From the IMG/VR virus record IMGVR_UViG_3300045141_000380, positions 1-57,730 of that record: DNA of 57,730 nt. One strand, given 5' to 3'. The translations under genes were made by a program, and so were the position numbers. The notes below the pieces were generated by a model. It was not told the origin of the DNA. It saw only the letters and a list, made by a program, of their open reading frames with translations, and ran no database searches. The stretch's first letter is position 1, and each line of letters starts with the position of its first letter. Below, piece by piece: positions 1 through 8,002 of the stretch. Source of the stretch: a virus. Its lineage: Duplodnaviria; Caudoviricetes.

Positions 1-1061
1 CCGCCGACGAGTTTGCGATCTGCGCATGGTACGAACCGGCGCTTCGCTCACGCGGCGCACATGTGTGCGACGAGATTGCGCTGTCCCGCACGGCGCCGGC
101 GCCCTCGCGCGAGCAGGCGCGCGCCAACCAGTATTGGTATCTGCAGCCCCTCAAGGAGCACGTGCGGTCGTTCAAGCCACAACAGATCGAGATCGAGGTG
201 GCCGACGGCTACGTGGCCACCAACCCCTCGGTGGTCATTCATCTGGGCCGCATCACCGTGCTGGTGCGCGCGGTCAACTACGCCATCACACCGGAAGGAC
301 ACTACGTCGCCCGCAACCCAGACGGCACCGGCGCCGGGCCCGACTGCATACGCACCCGCAACTATCTGACGTGGTGGCGCGATGGCGCGCCGGCATGGCA
401 GCAGGAGCTGGTGCTGCCGGCAAACTGGCCAGAACCGCAGTATCAGCTGGTGCGCGGGTTCGAGGATGGCCGGCTGTTTGTGTGGAATGACAGGCTGTGG
501 ACCTCGTCGTGCGTGCGCGAGCTCACCCCGGAGGGATGGTGCGAACAAATTTTAGCGCCGATCGACCTTGACTTGCGCTCTGGGAACAACTGGAAGCAGA
601 TCCTCCCCGCCGAGCGCCGCCACGAGAAGAACTGGATGCCGTGGGTTCGCGACGGCGAGCTGGTGTTCGTCTATCGGCTCGATACGCTGGTCAACACCGA
701 GGGCGAGGTGATCGCCCATTACGATCTCGACATCGACGTCGGCCACATCAGCGGCGGCTCGCAGGTGATCCGCGTCGCGCCCGACCGCTATCTCGCGCTG
801 GTGCACGAGGCCCGCACCATCCCGGGCCGCAGCAACCGGTACTACCAGCACCGCTTCGTCGCCTTCGATCGCGCCGGCAGGCTGACGCAGATCTCGCGGC
901 CATTCGTGTTTCACGACCGGCAGATCGAGTTTGCGGCGGGCCTGGCGTATTTCCCGGCCGAGAAAGAGCTCATGGTCTCATATGGGATTCGCGACTGCGA
1001 GGCGTGGACTGCCCGGATGAGCCTCGACGAGGTGCTGACGTTCATGGGAGTGCCGCCATGA
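1..1061 (+). CDS. 5'-truncated glycan-related protein with C-terminal five-bladed beta-propeller (GH130/GH43-like), probably the end of a glycosyltransferase-TPR-propeller fusion
   Basis: Frame open from position 3 (ADEFAICAWY...); motifs GFEDGRLF, EKNWMPW, ISGGSQ, YYQHRFV, IEFAAGL, VSYGIRD. Confidence 0.65.
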   Translation, partial: ADEFAICAWYEPALRSRGAHVCDEIALSRTAPAPSREQARANQYWYLQPLKEHVRSFKPQQIEIEVADGYVATNPSVVIHLGRITVLVRAVNYAITPEGHYVARNPDGTGAGPDCIRTRNYLTWWRDGAPAWQQELVLPANWPEPQYQLVRGFEDGRLFVWNDRLWTSSCVRELTPEGWCEQILAPIDLDLRSGNNWKQILPAERRHEKNWMPWVRDGELVFVYRLDTLVNTEGEVIAHYDLDIDVGHISGGSQVIRVAPDRYLALVHEARTIPGRSNRYYQHRFVAFDRAGRLTQISRPFVFHDRQIEFAAGLAYFPAEKELMVSYGIRDCEAWTARMSLDEVLTFMGVPP

Positions 1062-1843
1062 TCGTCGCGGTCACCGGCTTTGTCCCGATCCCAGGGCACC
1101 CGCGCCCGGAAGCGGAGTACCGCGCGCTCGGCGAGCGGCTGCACATGGGGCTGCACATGGGGAGGATGCCCCTCTTCAAGCTCGAGGGCGAGCTGAGCGA
1201 CTGCTGGCTGTCGGACTATCTATGGATGAACACCGACCTGGACGGGTTCGATCATGCGGTGGCGGACAATCCGCGCAAGAACTCGGTCCAATATCACATC
1301 GTGCAGGCGCAGAAGATCGAGTGTCTGGCGCAGGTGATGGAGCGGTTTGCGCTGTCCCCTGCAGCGCAGGTGATCGAGCGGCTTGGGCTGACCCCGAACG
1401 ATGTGATGTGCTGGATCGACTTTGGCATCTTCCACATCCCGGGGGTCACAGAGCAAATCATCCGGGATTTCCTGCAGCGCGCCGCGAACGAGCGCGCCAT
1501 CGCCATCCCGGGATGCTGGGACAAGCAGCCCAACCACGACGACCGGCAGCCCAACTGGCGGTTCTGCGGTGGCGTCGTGGTGGTGCCATGCCGCTATGTC
1601 AGAAAGCTCGATAGCGCCGTCAAAACGGAATACATGCGGTGCCTCAAGGAAGACAAGCTGCTGACCTGGGAGGTCAATATACTTGCACGTGTAGAAAATC
1701 GATATCCTGAGTTACCTATCTGGCAGTATCGCGCCGACGATCACGACGCCAGCATGTTCACCAATTATCCACGGACGGAGGACGCAGATGGCCGCGAAAA
1801 ACAAGGCGCCCCTCTACGAGAACTCGAGGAAAGACCTTGCTGA
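1058..1843 (+). CDS. HtrL/YibB (WlaTC-like) glycosyltransferase-family protein
   Basis: ATG overlaps upstream stop (ATGA); motifs WIDFGIFH, NWRFCGG, TWEVNILA. Confidence 0.6.
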   Translation: MIVAVTGFVPIPGHPRPEAEYRALGERLHMGLHMGRMPLFKLEGELSDCWLSDYLWMNTDLDGFDHAVADNPRKNSVQYHIVQAQKIECLAQVMERFALSPAAQVIERLGLTPNDVMCWIDFGIFHIPGVTEQIIRDFLQRAANERAIAIPGCWDKQPNHDDRQPNWRFCGGVVVVPCRYVRKLDSAVKTEYMRCLKEDKLLTWEVNILARVENRYPELPIWQYRADDHDASMFTNYPRTEDADGREKQGAPLRELEERPC

Positions 1844-1958
1844 AGACCGGCGCGGCGCCAGGAAGCTCGGCGTGTCGCTGAAGAAGTACGAAGAAACCGC
1901 GCGGGACAAGGCCGAGGACCGCAAGGGACAGGCCAAAATGGGGCGCGGGAAAAAATGA
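1788..1958 (+). CDS. small basic hypothetical protein (56 aa, MAAKNKAPLYENSRKD...)
   Basis: Read by hand; GGAGG RBS; below ORF-track cutoff. Confidence 0.6.
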   Translation: MAAKNKAPLYENSRKDLAEDRRGARKLGVSLKKYEETARDKAEDRKGQAKMGRGKK

Positions 1959-1989
1959 CTGATCCCGCCAGCGGAAAGGGAGAAGCGCA

Positions 1990-2289
1990 ATGACCAAGGA
2001 AAAGCACCACGAGACGCATCCGGCCAAGCCCAAGGCCAAGAAGGAGCCTGCGCGCAAACCGCATGCCGAAGAGCAGCCTTATTACGAAGAGCCTCCGGAA
2101 GATCATCCTCATCCGCCGCCGCCCCCACTGCCCACCGGCCAGGAGCCGCAGGCCCCCGCGAAGGCGGGGGAACCGCAGGCCCCCGCAGGCTCTCGATTGG
2201 AGGACGAGCAGAAGGCCGGCCAGGATGCGGTAGCCAAGGCGGAACAAGGCGCGCACAACAAGCCGCCGCCTCACGAGGAAGGAACATGA
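1990..2289 (+). CDS. Pro/Glu-rich hypothetical protein
   Basis: GGGAG RBS; stop coupled to next ATG. Confidence 0.55.
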   Translation: MTKEKHHETHPAKPKAKKEPARKPHAEEQPYYEEPPEDHPHPPPPPLPTGQEPQAPAKAGEPQAPAGSRLEDEQKAGQDAVAKAEQGAHNKPPPHEEGT

Positions 2290-2855
2290 GCTACGACAAG
2301 ATCGATGTCCTGGTTCTGCCACCCCGGAAATATCTACGCGATTGTTTCACCTACAATCGTCGCACTGGAGAATTATGGTGGAACGAACGTCCCTTGAGCC
2401 ACTTTATCGACAAGTCGTATCAAGACAGGTGGAACAACAGGTATGCCGGAAAAATTGCGGGATATCGCAGCGGCCGCTACTGGGTCGTAAACATCAACAA
2501 GCAACTGTATTATGCATCCCGGATTGTGTGGAAACTCATGAAAGGCGTCGATCCGCATGACACTGTGGATCACAAGAACGGCAATGGCACGGACAACAGG
2601 CTGTTCAATTTGCGGATAGCATCTCAATTAGAGCAGAAATGGAACACGCGTCGTCGTGTGAAAGAAACTGTTTCCGGCGTTAAAGGCGTCAATGTCCATC
2701 GTGGCAGGCTTAGGGTTCGGATTAAAGACAAGGGTGTTGAAAAACATCTCGGGTATTTCGGACTGTCTGAGCTGGCCGCCGCTGCTGCTGCATATGAAGT
2801 AGCTGCTCGCAACCTGCATGGCTCGTTCTATCGGGAGCAAGCCAATGTCATATGA
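2286..2855 (+). CDS. free-standing HNH homing endonuclease with C-terminal AP2-like DNA-binding domain
   Basis: VDHKNGNGTDNRLFNLR HNH_3 motif; SGVKGV...KHLGYF...AAAAAY AP2 motif; AT-richer than flanks. Confidence 0.9.
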   Translation: MSYDKIDVLVLPPRKYLRDCFTYNRRTGELWWNERPLSHFIDKSYQDRWNNRYAGKIAGYRSGRYWVVNINKQLYYASRIVWKLMKGVDPHDTVDHKNGNGTDNRLFNLRIASQLEQKWNTRRRVKETVSGVKGVNVHRGRLRVRIKDKGVEKHLGYFGLSELAAAAAAYEVAARNLHGSFYREQANVI

Positions 2856-3831
2856 CAAAATCGTAATAAGCTCAGGTCATGGGTTGAAGGTCCGCGGCGC
2901 CGAGGGACCGGAGGCATGGGGTCTCGACGAGGTGGACGAAGCCCGGCGCGTGGTCGACGCCCTCGCCGACGAGCTGACATTGAGCGGCGTCGAGGTGGTC
3001 ACGTATCACGACGACGTGAGCAAGACCCAGAGCGAGAACCTCGACCGCATCGTGGATTTTCATAATTCCAAAAAGCGCGATCTCGACATCAGCGTTCATT
3101 TCAACGCCTACGAACCTACCTCTGGGCCGCGGGGCGTCGAGGTGCTCTACGTGACGCAGGAGAAGCTCGCGGCGCAGCTTTCGGCGGCGATCGCATCGTG
3201 CGGGTTCATCGACCGCGGCGCCAAGTATAACGGCAACCTCGCCTTCCTCAACGGCACCGCAATGCCTGCGGTGCTGATCGAGGTGTGCTTCGTCGACAGC
3301 GAAGCCGACGTCAAGCTGTACGAAGAGAAGTTCGAAGATATCTGCAGCGCCATCGCCGACGTGCTGATCGGCAGCGAGGATGAGGAGGGTGATCGGCCGC
3401 CGCCGCCAACTGCCGGCGTGCTGTTCGAGGCGTCCGGCCGCTGCTCGAGCTTCGGCGGCCCGCAGGACGAGGGAGTGGCGCCCGACGAGGGGCTCGCCTT
3501 CATCTACGACGTCGAGGACGCGCCGCATCTGTTCCTGAAAAGGCAGCCGCCCGGCACCACCGGACTGGCGCGCCGGCTCGATCCATCCGTCCGCTACATC
3601 GCGTGCCGCTGGGACTACGACGTCACCCCGAAGCAGATGCTGCTGAAGGGGGTGGCGCTGGTGCGCGCTAAAAAGACCGGCCGTTCGTTCCTCGCCTACC
3701 CAGCCGACTGGGGCCCGCACCAGGACACCGGGCGCATTGCTGACCTGTCGCCCGGCCTGATGGAAGCCCTCGGCATCGAGACCGACGACGAGGTCGAGGT
3801 TTTCTATCCGTATCATCCGGGCAGACCATGA
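2845..3831 (+). CDS. endolysin: N-acetylmuramoyl-L-alanine amidase (Amidase_3) plus C-terminal RlpA/DPBB-like domain
   Basis: ISSGHG, ISVHFNA, GVEVLY, PAVLIEVCFVDS zinc-amidase motifs; C-terminal ADWGP...GRIADLSPGLMEALG. Confidence 0.85.
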   Translation: MSYDKIVISSGHGLKVRGAEGPEAWGLDEVDEARRVVDALADELTLSGVEVVTYHDDVSKTQSENLDRIVDFHNSKKRDLDISVHFNAYEPTSGPRGVEVLYVTQEKLAAQLSAAIASCGFIDRGAKYNGNLAFLNGTAMPAVLIEVCFVDSEADVKLYEEKFEDICSAIADVLIGSEDEEGDRPPPPTAGVLFEASGRCSSFGGPQDEGVAPDEGLAFIYDVEDAPHLFLKRQPPGTTGLARRLDPSVRYIACRWDYDVTPKQMLLKGVALVRAKKTGRSFLAYPADWGPHQDTGRIADLSPGLMEALGIETDDEVEVFYPYHPGRP

Positions 3832-4052
3832 TGATCGACGCCACCAACGTCGCCACCAGCGCTATCGACGCCATGAAGTCGACGCCGCTGGCGATTGCGC
3901 TCTTGGTGATCAATATCGGATTTCTCGGCTTTGCCGCCTATGTGCTGGGCGAGGTGGCGTCGAACTCCGCGGAGCGCAACAAGGGGCAGCTCGAGCTGAT
4001 CACCAGCCTGGTGCGCGACATCCGCGATTGCCGGCAACCAGCGGCCAAATAG
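3828..4052 (+). CDS. small membrane protein, putative holin
   Basis: One hydrophobic helix; coupled to endolysin stop. Confidence 0.5.
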   Translation: MMIDATNVATSAIDAMKSTPLAIALLVINIGFLGFAAYVLGEVASNSAERNKGQLELITSLVRDIRDCRQPAAK

Positions 4053-4073
4053 GCCAAACAATAGGAGCGTGGC

Positions 4074-4250
4074 ATGACGCGCGGTTTGCTGTTTTGGGTT
4101 ATCTGGGTCATCTGTGTGTTGATCTGGGCTGGTGTCAATTTCGGCGGCTTTGGCGGCAACCTGGGTCACTATGCCGGCGGCGGCGTCATCGAGTTCATCC
4201 TGTTCGGCCTTTTAGGCTGGCAAGTGTTTGGTCCGGTCGTGCATGGCTGA
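4074..4250 (+). CDS. 58-aa two-TM membrane protein (lysis-associated candidate)
   Basis: AGGAG RBS; MTRGLLFWVIWVICVLIW...IEFILFGLLGWQVFGPVVHG read by hand. Confidence 0.6.
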   Translation: MTRGLLFWVIWVICVLIWAGVNFGGFGGNLGHYAGGGVIEFILFGLLGWQVFGPVVHG

Positions 4251-4283
4251 AGCCGCCACGTTGAACATCTGGGAGAAACTCAA

Positions 4284-4649
4284 ATGCCGCTACAGGTCCT
4301 CAATGGCCCTTTCATCCGCGCCGGCCAGTCTCTGTCGGAAGGGCTCGACTGCTCGGCCGGTGAGATCGTGCGGATCACCATGCCGGGCGACTGGACGCCG
4401 GCGGCGCTGAGCTTCCAGTTCTCGACCGACGGCGCAATGTATAACGAACTTTACCACGTCGTCGGCTTCCCGGATTCGTTCGTCGGTTATCCGGTGGTGC
4501 TGACCCGCGTGGTGGCAGGGATCGGGCTGGTGATGCCAGCGAACTTCAGCCGCGGCATCGTGTGGGTGAAGTTCCGCTCCGGCACGCAAGCGGTTCCGGT
4601 CGTCCAGCAGATGGAGCGCGAATTCGCGGTGGCGATCGAGGTTCCGTAA
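4284..4649 (+). CDS. putative virion structural protein (beta-rich)
   Basis: GGAG RBS; paralogous to N-terminus of next gene. Confidence 0.6.
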   Translation: MPLQVLNGPFIRAGQSLSEGLDCSAGEIVRITMPGDWTPAALSFQFSTDGAMYNELYHVVGFPDSFVGYPVVLTRVVAGIGLVMPANFSRGIVWVKFRSGTQAVPVVQQMEREFAVAIEVP

Positions 4650-4711
4650 AACATGGCAGCCGGCCGAGCTGATCGGGGGTCTTGGCCGGGCATTCCACTG
4701 AGGAGGTTGCG

Positions 4712-5527
4712 ATGTCGCTCATGAGGGTGCCGTGCCTGTTGCCTGCCGGACAATCGCTGTCGCAGGGAGCAGACTGCGGCGGCAACGGTCGGATTATCCG
4801 CATCAGCATGCCGCAGGACTGGACGCCGGCGCCGATAACGTTCCAGCTGTCGCCGGACGACACGACTTATCGCGATCTTTATCATACCACGCCGGATCAG
4901 TTCAGCATTTTCGAGGTGTCCGTCTCGGCGGTGCCGGGCGCCGTCGTGGTGCTGCCGGCGTCCATGGGTGGTGGGATTTCGTGGCTGAAGATACGTTCGG
5001 GCACTCGTACGGTGCCGGTGGCGCAGGCTGCGGATCGGCAGTTCACCATCACGTTGGATGCGCCGGATGCGGTGGCAGGTGGCGCACCTGGCCCTGCGGG
5101 ACCAGTTGGGCCTGCGGGGCCGATCGGGCCTGCGGGGCCGCAAGGCATCCATGGGGATCCGGCAGCCCCCGCTCTGCTGCAGACGGTCGTGCTCGGGCAT
5201 GCCAAGGGGGTGAACTACAACGTCATCGGCGACACCGCGATCGCGATAGCCGCCGCCAAGTACGCCATTACCCAGCTAGTGACGTTCAACAACGTCGGCG
5301 GTGCGGACAATTACACCGGCTCATTGCGGGATGCACCTAATGGCGCCGGGACCGATCTGGGCGGCTACGCCTATAATACGAACGGCCAGCTCGGCGACTG
5401 GTCGGACTTTCCGGGGCCGCTCCCAGTTATCGCCAATCCGATGCTGTATTTTCACATCGGCACCAAAGAAGGTGCTCCGGCGACGGGCGATCTTTACGTG
5501 ATGGGCTACGACCTGACAGGTTTGTAA
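4712..5527 (+). CDS. putative virion protein with short collagen-like segment
   Basis: GAGGAGG RBS; N-domain paralog of 4284-4649; [13 protein letters not shown] repeat. Confidence 0.65.
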   Translation: MSLMRVPCLLPAGQSLSQGADCGGNGRIIRISMPQDWTPAPITFQLSPDDTTYRDLYHTTPDQFSIFEVSVSAVPGAVVVLPASMGGGISWLKIRSGTRTVPVAQAADRQFTITLDAPDAVAGGAPGPAGPVGPAGPIGPAGPQGIHGDPAAPALLQTVVLGHAKGVNYNVIGDTAIAIAAAKYAITQLVTFNNVGGADNYTGSLRDAPNGAGTDLGGYAYNTNGQLGDWSDFPGPLPVIANPMLYFHIGTKEGAPATGDLYVMGYDLTGL

Positions 5528-5874
5528 TGGCGATCACCAAGCGCATCCGGATCCTGGTACGGGCCCATGCAGACGGTCTTTCGAACTCGTTCAGCTTCGA
5601 TTTGATGTCCGACCCCTATTGGGTCGGCGAAGAGTCGGCGAAGGGCTACGGCGGCCGGATCACCAACTGGTTCGCCGATCCCGATATCAAGCACGGCGCC
5701 CCGCCGATCGGAGTGGTGGTGATCGATGGGGCCATTTCGGCCGCACTCACCAGCACGGCGGCTAGCGACAGGGCCGCTGCGGCACCCCCCGCCAGCGCCA
5801 TAGTAACGGTCGAGGTGCCGGTGCGGCCTGACGGTGCGCTCTACGAGGTGACGCTGGGATTGGTTTTTGCCTAA
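5527..5874 (+). CDS. hypothetical protein
   Basis: TAATG overlap with previous stop. Confidence 0.55.
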   Translation: MAITKRIRILVRAHADGLSNSFSFDLMSDPYWVGEESAKGYGGRITNWFADPDIKHGAPPIGVVVIDGAISAALTSTAASDRAAAAPPASAIVTVEVPVRPDGALYEVTLGLVFA

Positions 5875-6019
5875 CGGCTTTGTCGGAGCGCGGCGCATGC
5901 GATAGTATACGCAGTAGCCCGGTAACACCCGGGTGGGCATGGGCGTGCGAGGATTTGTAAGAAAGTCCAGTGGAAGGCTCGCACCTACTGCGTACCTACA
6001 GCAAAGAGGAGAAAAGACC

Positions 6020-6271
6020 ATGGCAAAGGGTAAGGTCGAGAGCGAGAAGAACGTCGAGTTTGCCGAGGGCGGCCACGACAATCATATGTTCGGCGAAGGC
6101 GACCGCACCACGACGGCCGCGGGCGACGCCGCCGGCGAGCAGACGCCGGGCGGCACCGCGCATAAGCCATCTGGCGGCGGCAAGCAGAAGTTTGCCTCGG
6201 GCGGCTCGGGCAAGATGTTCGGGTTCAGCCCGTCGGTGCCGGCAACCGCTGGCCAAACAGGAGCGCGCTAA
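6020..6271 (+). CDS. small Gly-rich hypothetical protein
   Basis: AGAGGAG RBS. Confidence 0.6.
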   Translation: MAKGKVESEKNVEFAEGGHDNHMFGEGDRTTTAAGDAAGEQTPGGTAHKPSGGGKQKFASGGSGKMFGFSPSVPATAGQTGAR

Positions 6272-6273
6272 CC

Positions 6274-6468
6274 ATGGCGCGCGGGATGGCGCCGATGATG
6301 CGCCCGCCCAAACCCGTCGATCCGGCCAAGGCTGTGACCAAGCCGCCACGGCTCAAGCCGATCTCGACGCGCGAATACGGCAAGGGCGGCACGCCGCTGT
6401 CGGGCGCGCCCGACTTGGGCGTCCGCGGCGCCGGGATTGGATATGGAGGGCCGAAGGATGGTTTTTAA
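6274..6468 (+). CDS. small hypothetical protein
   Basis: Tightly packed ORF in head operon. Confidence 0.5.
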   Translation: MARGMAPMMRPPKPVDPAKAVTKPPRLKPISTREYGKGGTPLSGAPDLGVRGAGIGYGGPKDGF

Positions 6469-6694
6469 GAAAGACCTGACACCGCTCAGCCGCCACGGCC
6501 GCATCGTCAAGCACCAGGGCAAGGGCTCGTCGCGCTTGGCGCCGGACCCGATGGCGGCCATGACCAATCGCTATCCAGCGGCACCGCAGCCGGTGGCGCC
6601 GCCGACCAGCGCGCCGGCGATGGGCGGTCCGGCGCTGGGCTCAGCACCGCCAGCAGGGCCACCCGGCACAGGAATTCCAGACGACGCCGCATGA
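6458..6694 (+). CDS. small Pro-rich hypothetical protein
   Basis: GGAGG RBS; coupled to next gene. Confidence 0.5.
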   Translation: MVFKKDLTPLSRHGRIVKHQGKGSSRLAPDPMAAMTNRYPAAPQPVAPPTSAPAMGGPALGSAPPAGPPGTGIPDDAA

Positions 6695-6906
6695 GTTCGA
6701 CCAAGGACATTACGGACAACGCGCGCTTTTTGCGCAATGCGTCGCCGCAGGCATTCGATAAATTCATTGTCGCGTTCGCGCAATACACCGCGCAGGCCAC
6801 CGACAACCTGGTCAACACGACCACGGATTTGCCGGTGGCGCAGGGGCGAGCGCAGCAATGCGTGAAAATCCTGCAAGCCCTCCAGGAGGCCAGGGACCAT
6901 GGTTGA
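6691..6906 (+). CDS. conserved head-region hypothetical protein
   Basis: ATGA overlap; AQGRAQ motif before scaffold gene. Confidence 0.55.
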   Translation: MSSTKDITDNARFLRNASPQAFDKFIVAFAQYTAQATDNLVNTTTDLPVAQGRAQQCVKILQALQEARDHG

Positions 6907-7945
6907 CGTGACTGTCGAAGCCAAGCCGATGCCGCATCTGCCGATCGATCCGGACACCATCCCGGAAGCGGTCAGGAAGCGCGCCGCCGCGGTGGATGCG
7001 CTCTACACCGCCCAGCCGGCCCCGCAGGAGGCCCCACCGCCGCCTCCTCCGCCCCTGCCGGAGTCCGCTGCGCCCCCGCCGCCACCCGAGGAAGCCGCCC
7101 CGCCGCCCCCCGCAACCCCTGAAACTCCGCCGCCGCCGGCGCCCGAGGAGGACAGTGCGGAAAACTGGAAGCGGCGCTTCTTGAGGATGCAGGGCCAGTA
7201 CAACGCATCGCAGAAGACGCTCGGCGAAATGCAGGAGCAGATGGCCCAGCTCGGCGGCGAGCTGCTGGCGGTCCAGCAGGCGCAGCCGCGGTCGCCGCCC
7301 CGTCCGCCCACGCCGCCGCCGTCGTATCTGACCGAACAGGATATGCAGAACTACGGTGCCGACTTGGTGGACTTCACGCAGCGCGCCGCCGCGCAGGCCA
7401 TCGCCCCCAAACTCATGGAGATCGAGCAGCAGAACGCCGAGCTGCGCGAGCGCCTGGCGCGCGAAGCCCGCCGCAGCATGGACCAGCGGGTCGAGCAGGC
7501 AGTGCCGAACTTCCGCGAGATCGATCGCGATCCGCGCTGGCATAGCTGGCTCTTGGGTGTTGACCTCCTGTCCGGACGTGTTAGACAGCAATTGTTGAAC
7601 GAGGCTATCGCGTCAGCTGATGCCCCACGCGCAATCTCGTTCTTCAGAGGCTTCCAACAAGAGGAAGTAGCTACAGGCCACAACGAGCCAGCGCCCGTCT
7701 CCCACCAGGCAGCGCCTCCACGGGAACCGGCGATACCACTGGCCTCGCTTGCGGCCCCTGGCAGGGCAAGGCCGGCGACTGGAGGCGATGCCTCGTTGCC
7801 CCCCGAGAAACCCATCTACACGCGCGCCCAGATCGCGCAGCTCTACAGTGCGCACCGAAAGGGTGCGTATGTCGGGCGCGAAGCCGAGTGGGCTCGGCAG
7901 GACGCCGACATCATTGCTGCAGGCCGCGAAGGGCGCATCCGATAA
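6899..7945 (+). CDS. putative capsid scaffolding protein
   Basis: Pro-rich N-terminus, coiled coil, directly upstream of the capsid gene, C-terminal DIIAAGREGRIR. Confidence 0.65.
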   Translation: MVDVTVEAKPMPHLPIDPDTIPEAVRKRAAAVDALYTAQPAPQEAPPPPPPPLPESAAPPPPPEEAAPPPPATPETPPPPAPEEDSAENWKRRFLRMQGQYNASQKTLGEMQEQMAQLGGELLAVQQAQPRSPPRPPTPPPSYLTEQDMQNYGADLVDFTQRAAAQAIAPKLMEIEQQNAELRERLAREARRSMDQRVEQAVPNFREIDRDPRWHSWLLGVDLLSGRVRQQLLNEAIASADAPRAISFFRGFQQEEVATGHNEPAPVSHQAAPPREPAIPLASLAAPGRARPATGGDASLPPEKPIYTRAQIAQLYSAHRKGAYVGREAEWARQDADIIAAGREGRIR

Positions 7946-8002
7946 ACCGGGGGCTGCTCGAGCCAGTGCGCTGACAGTCCCCCAGGCAATGAGGGACTAC
8001 CT

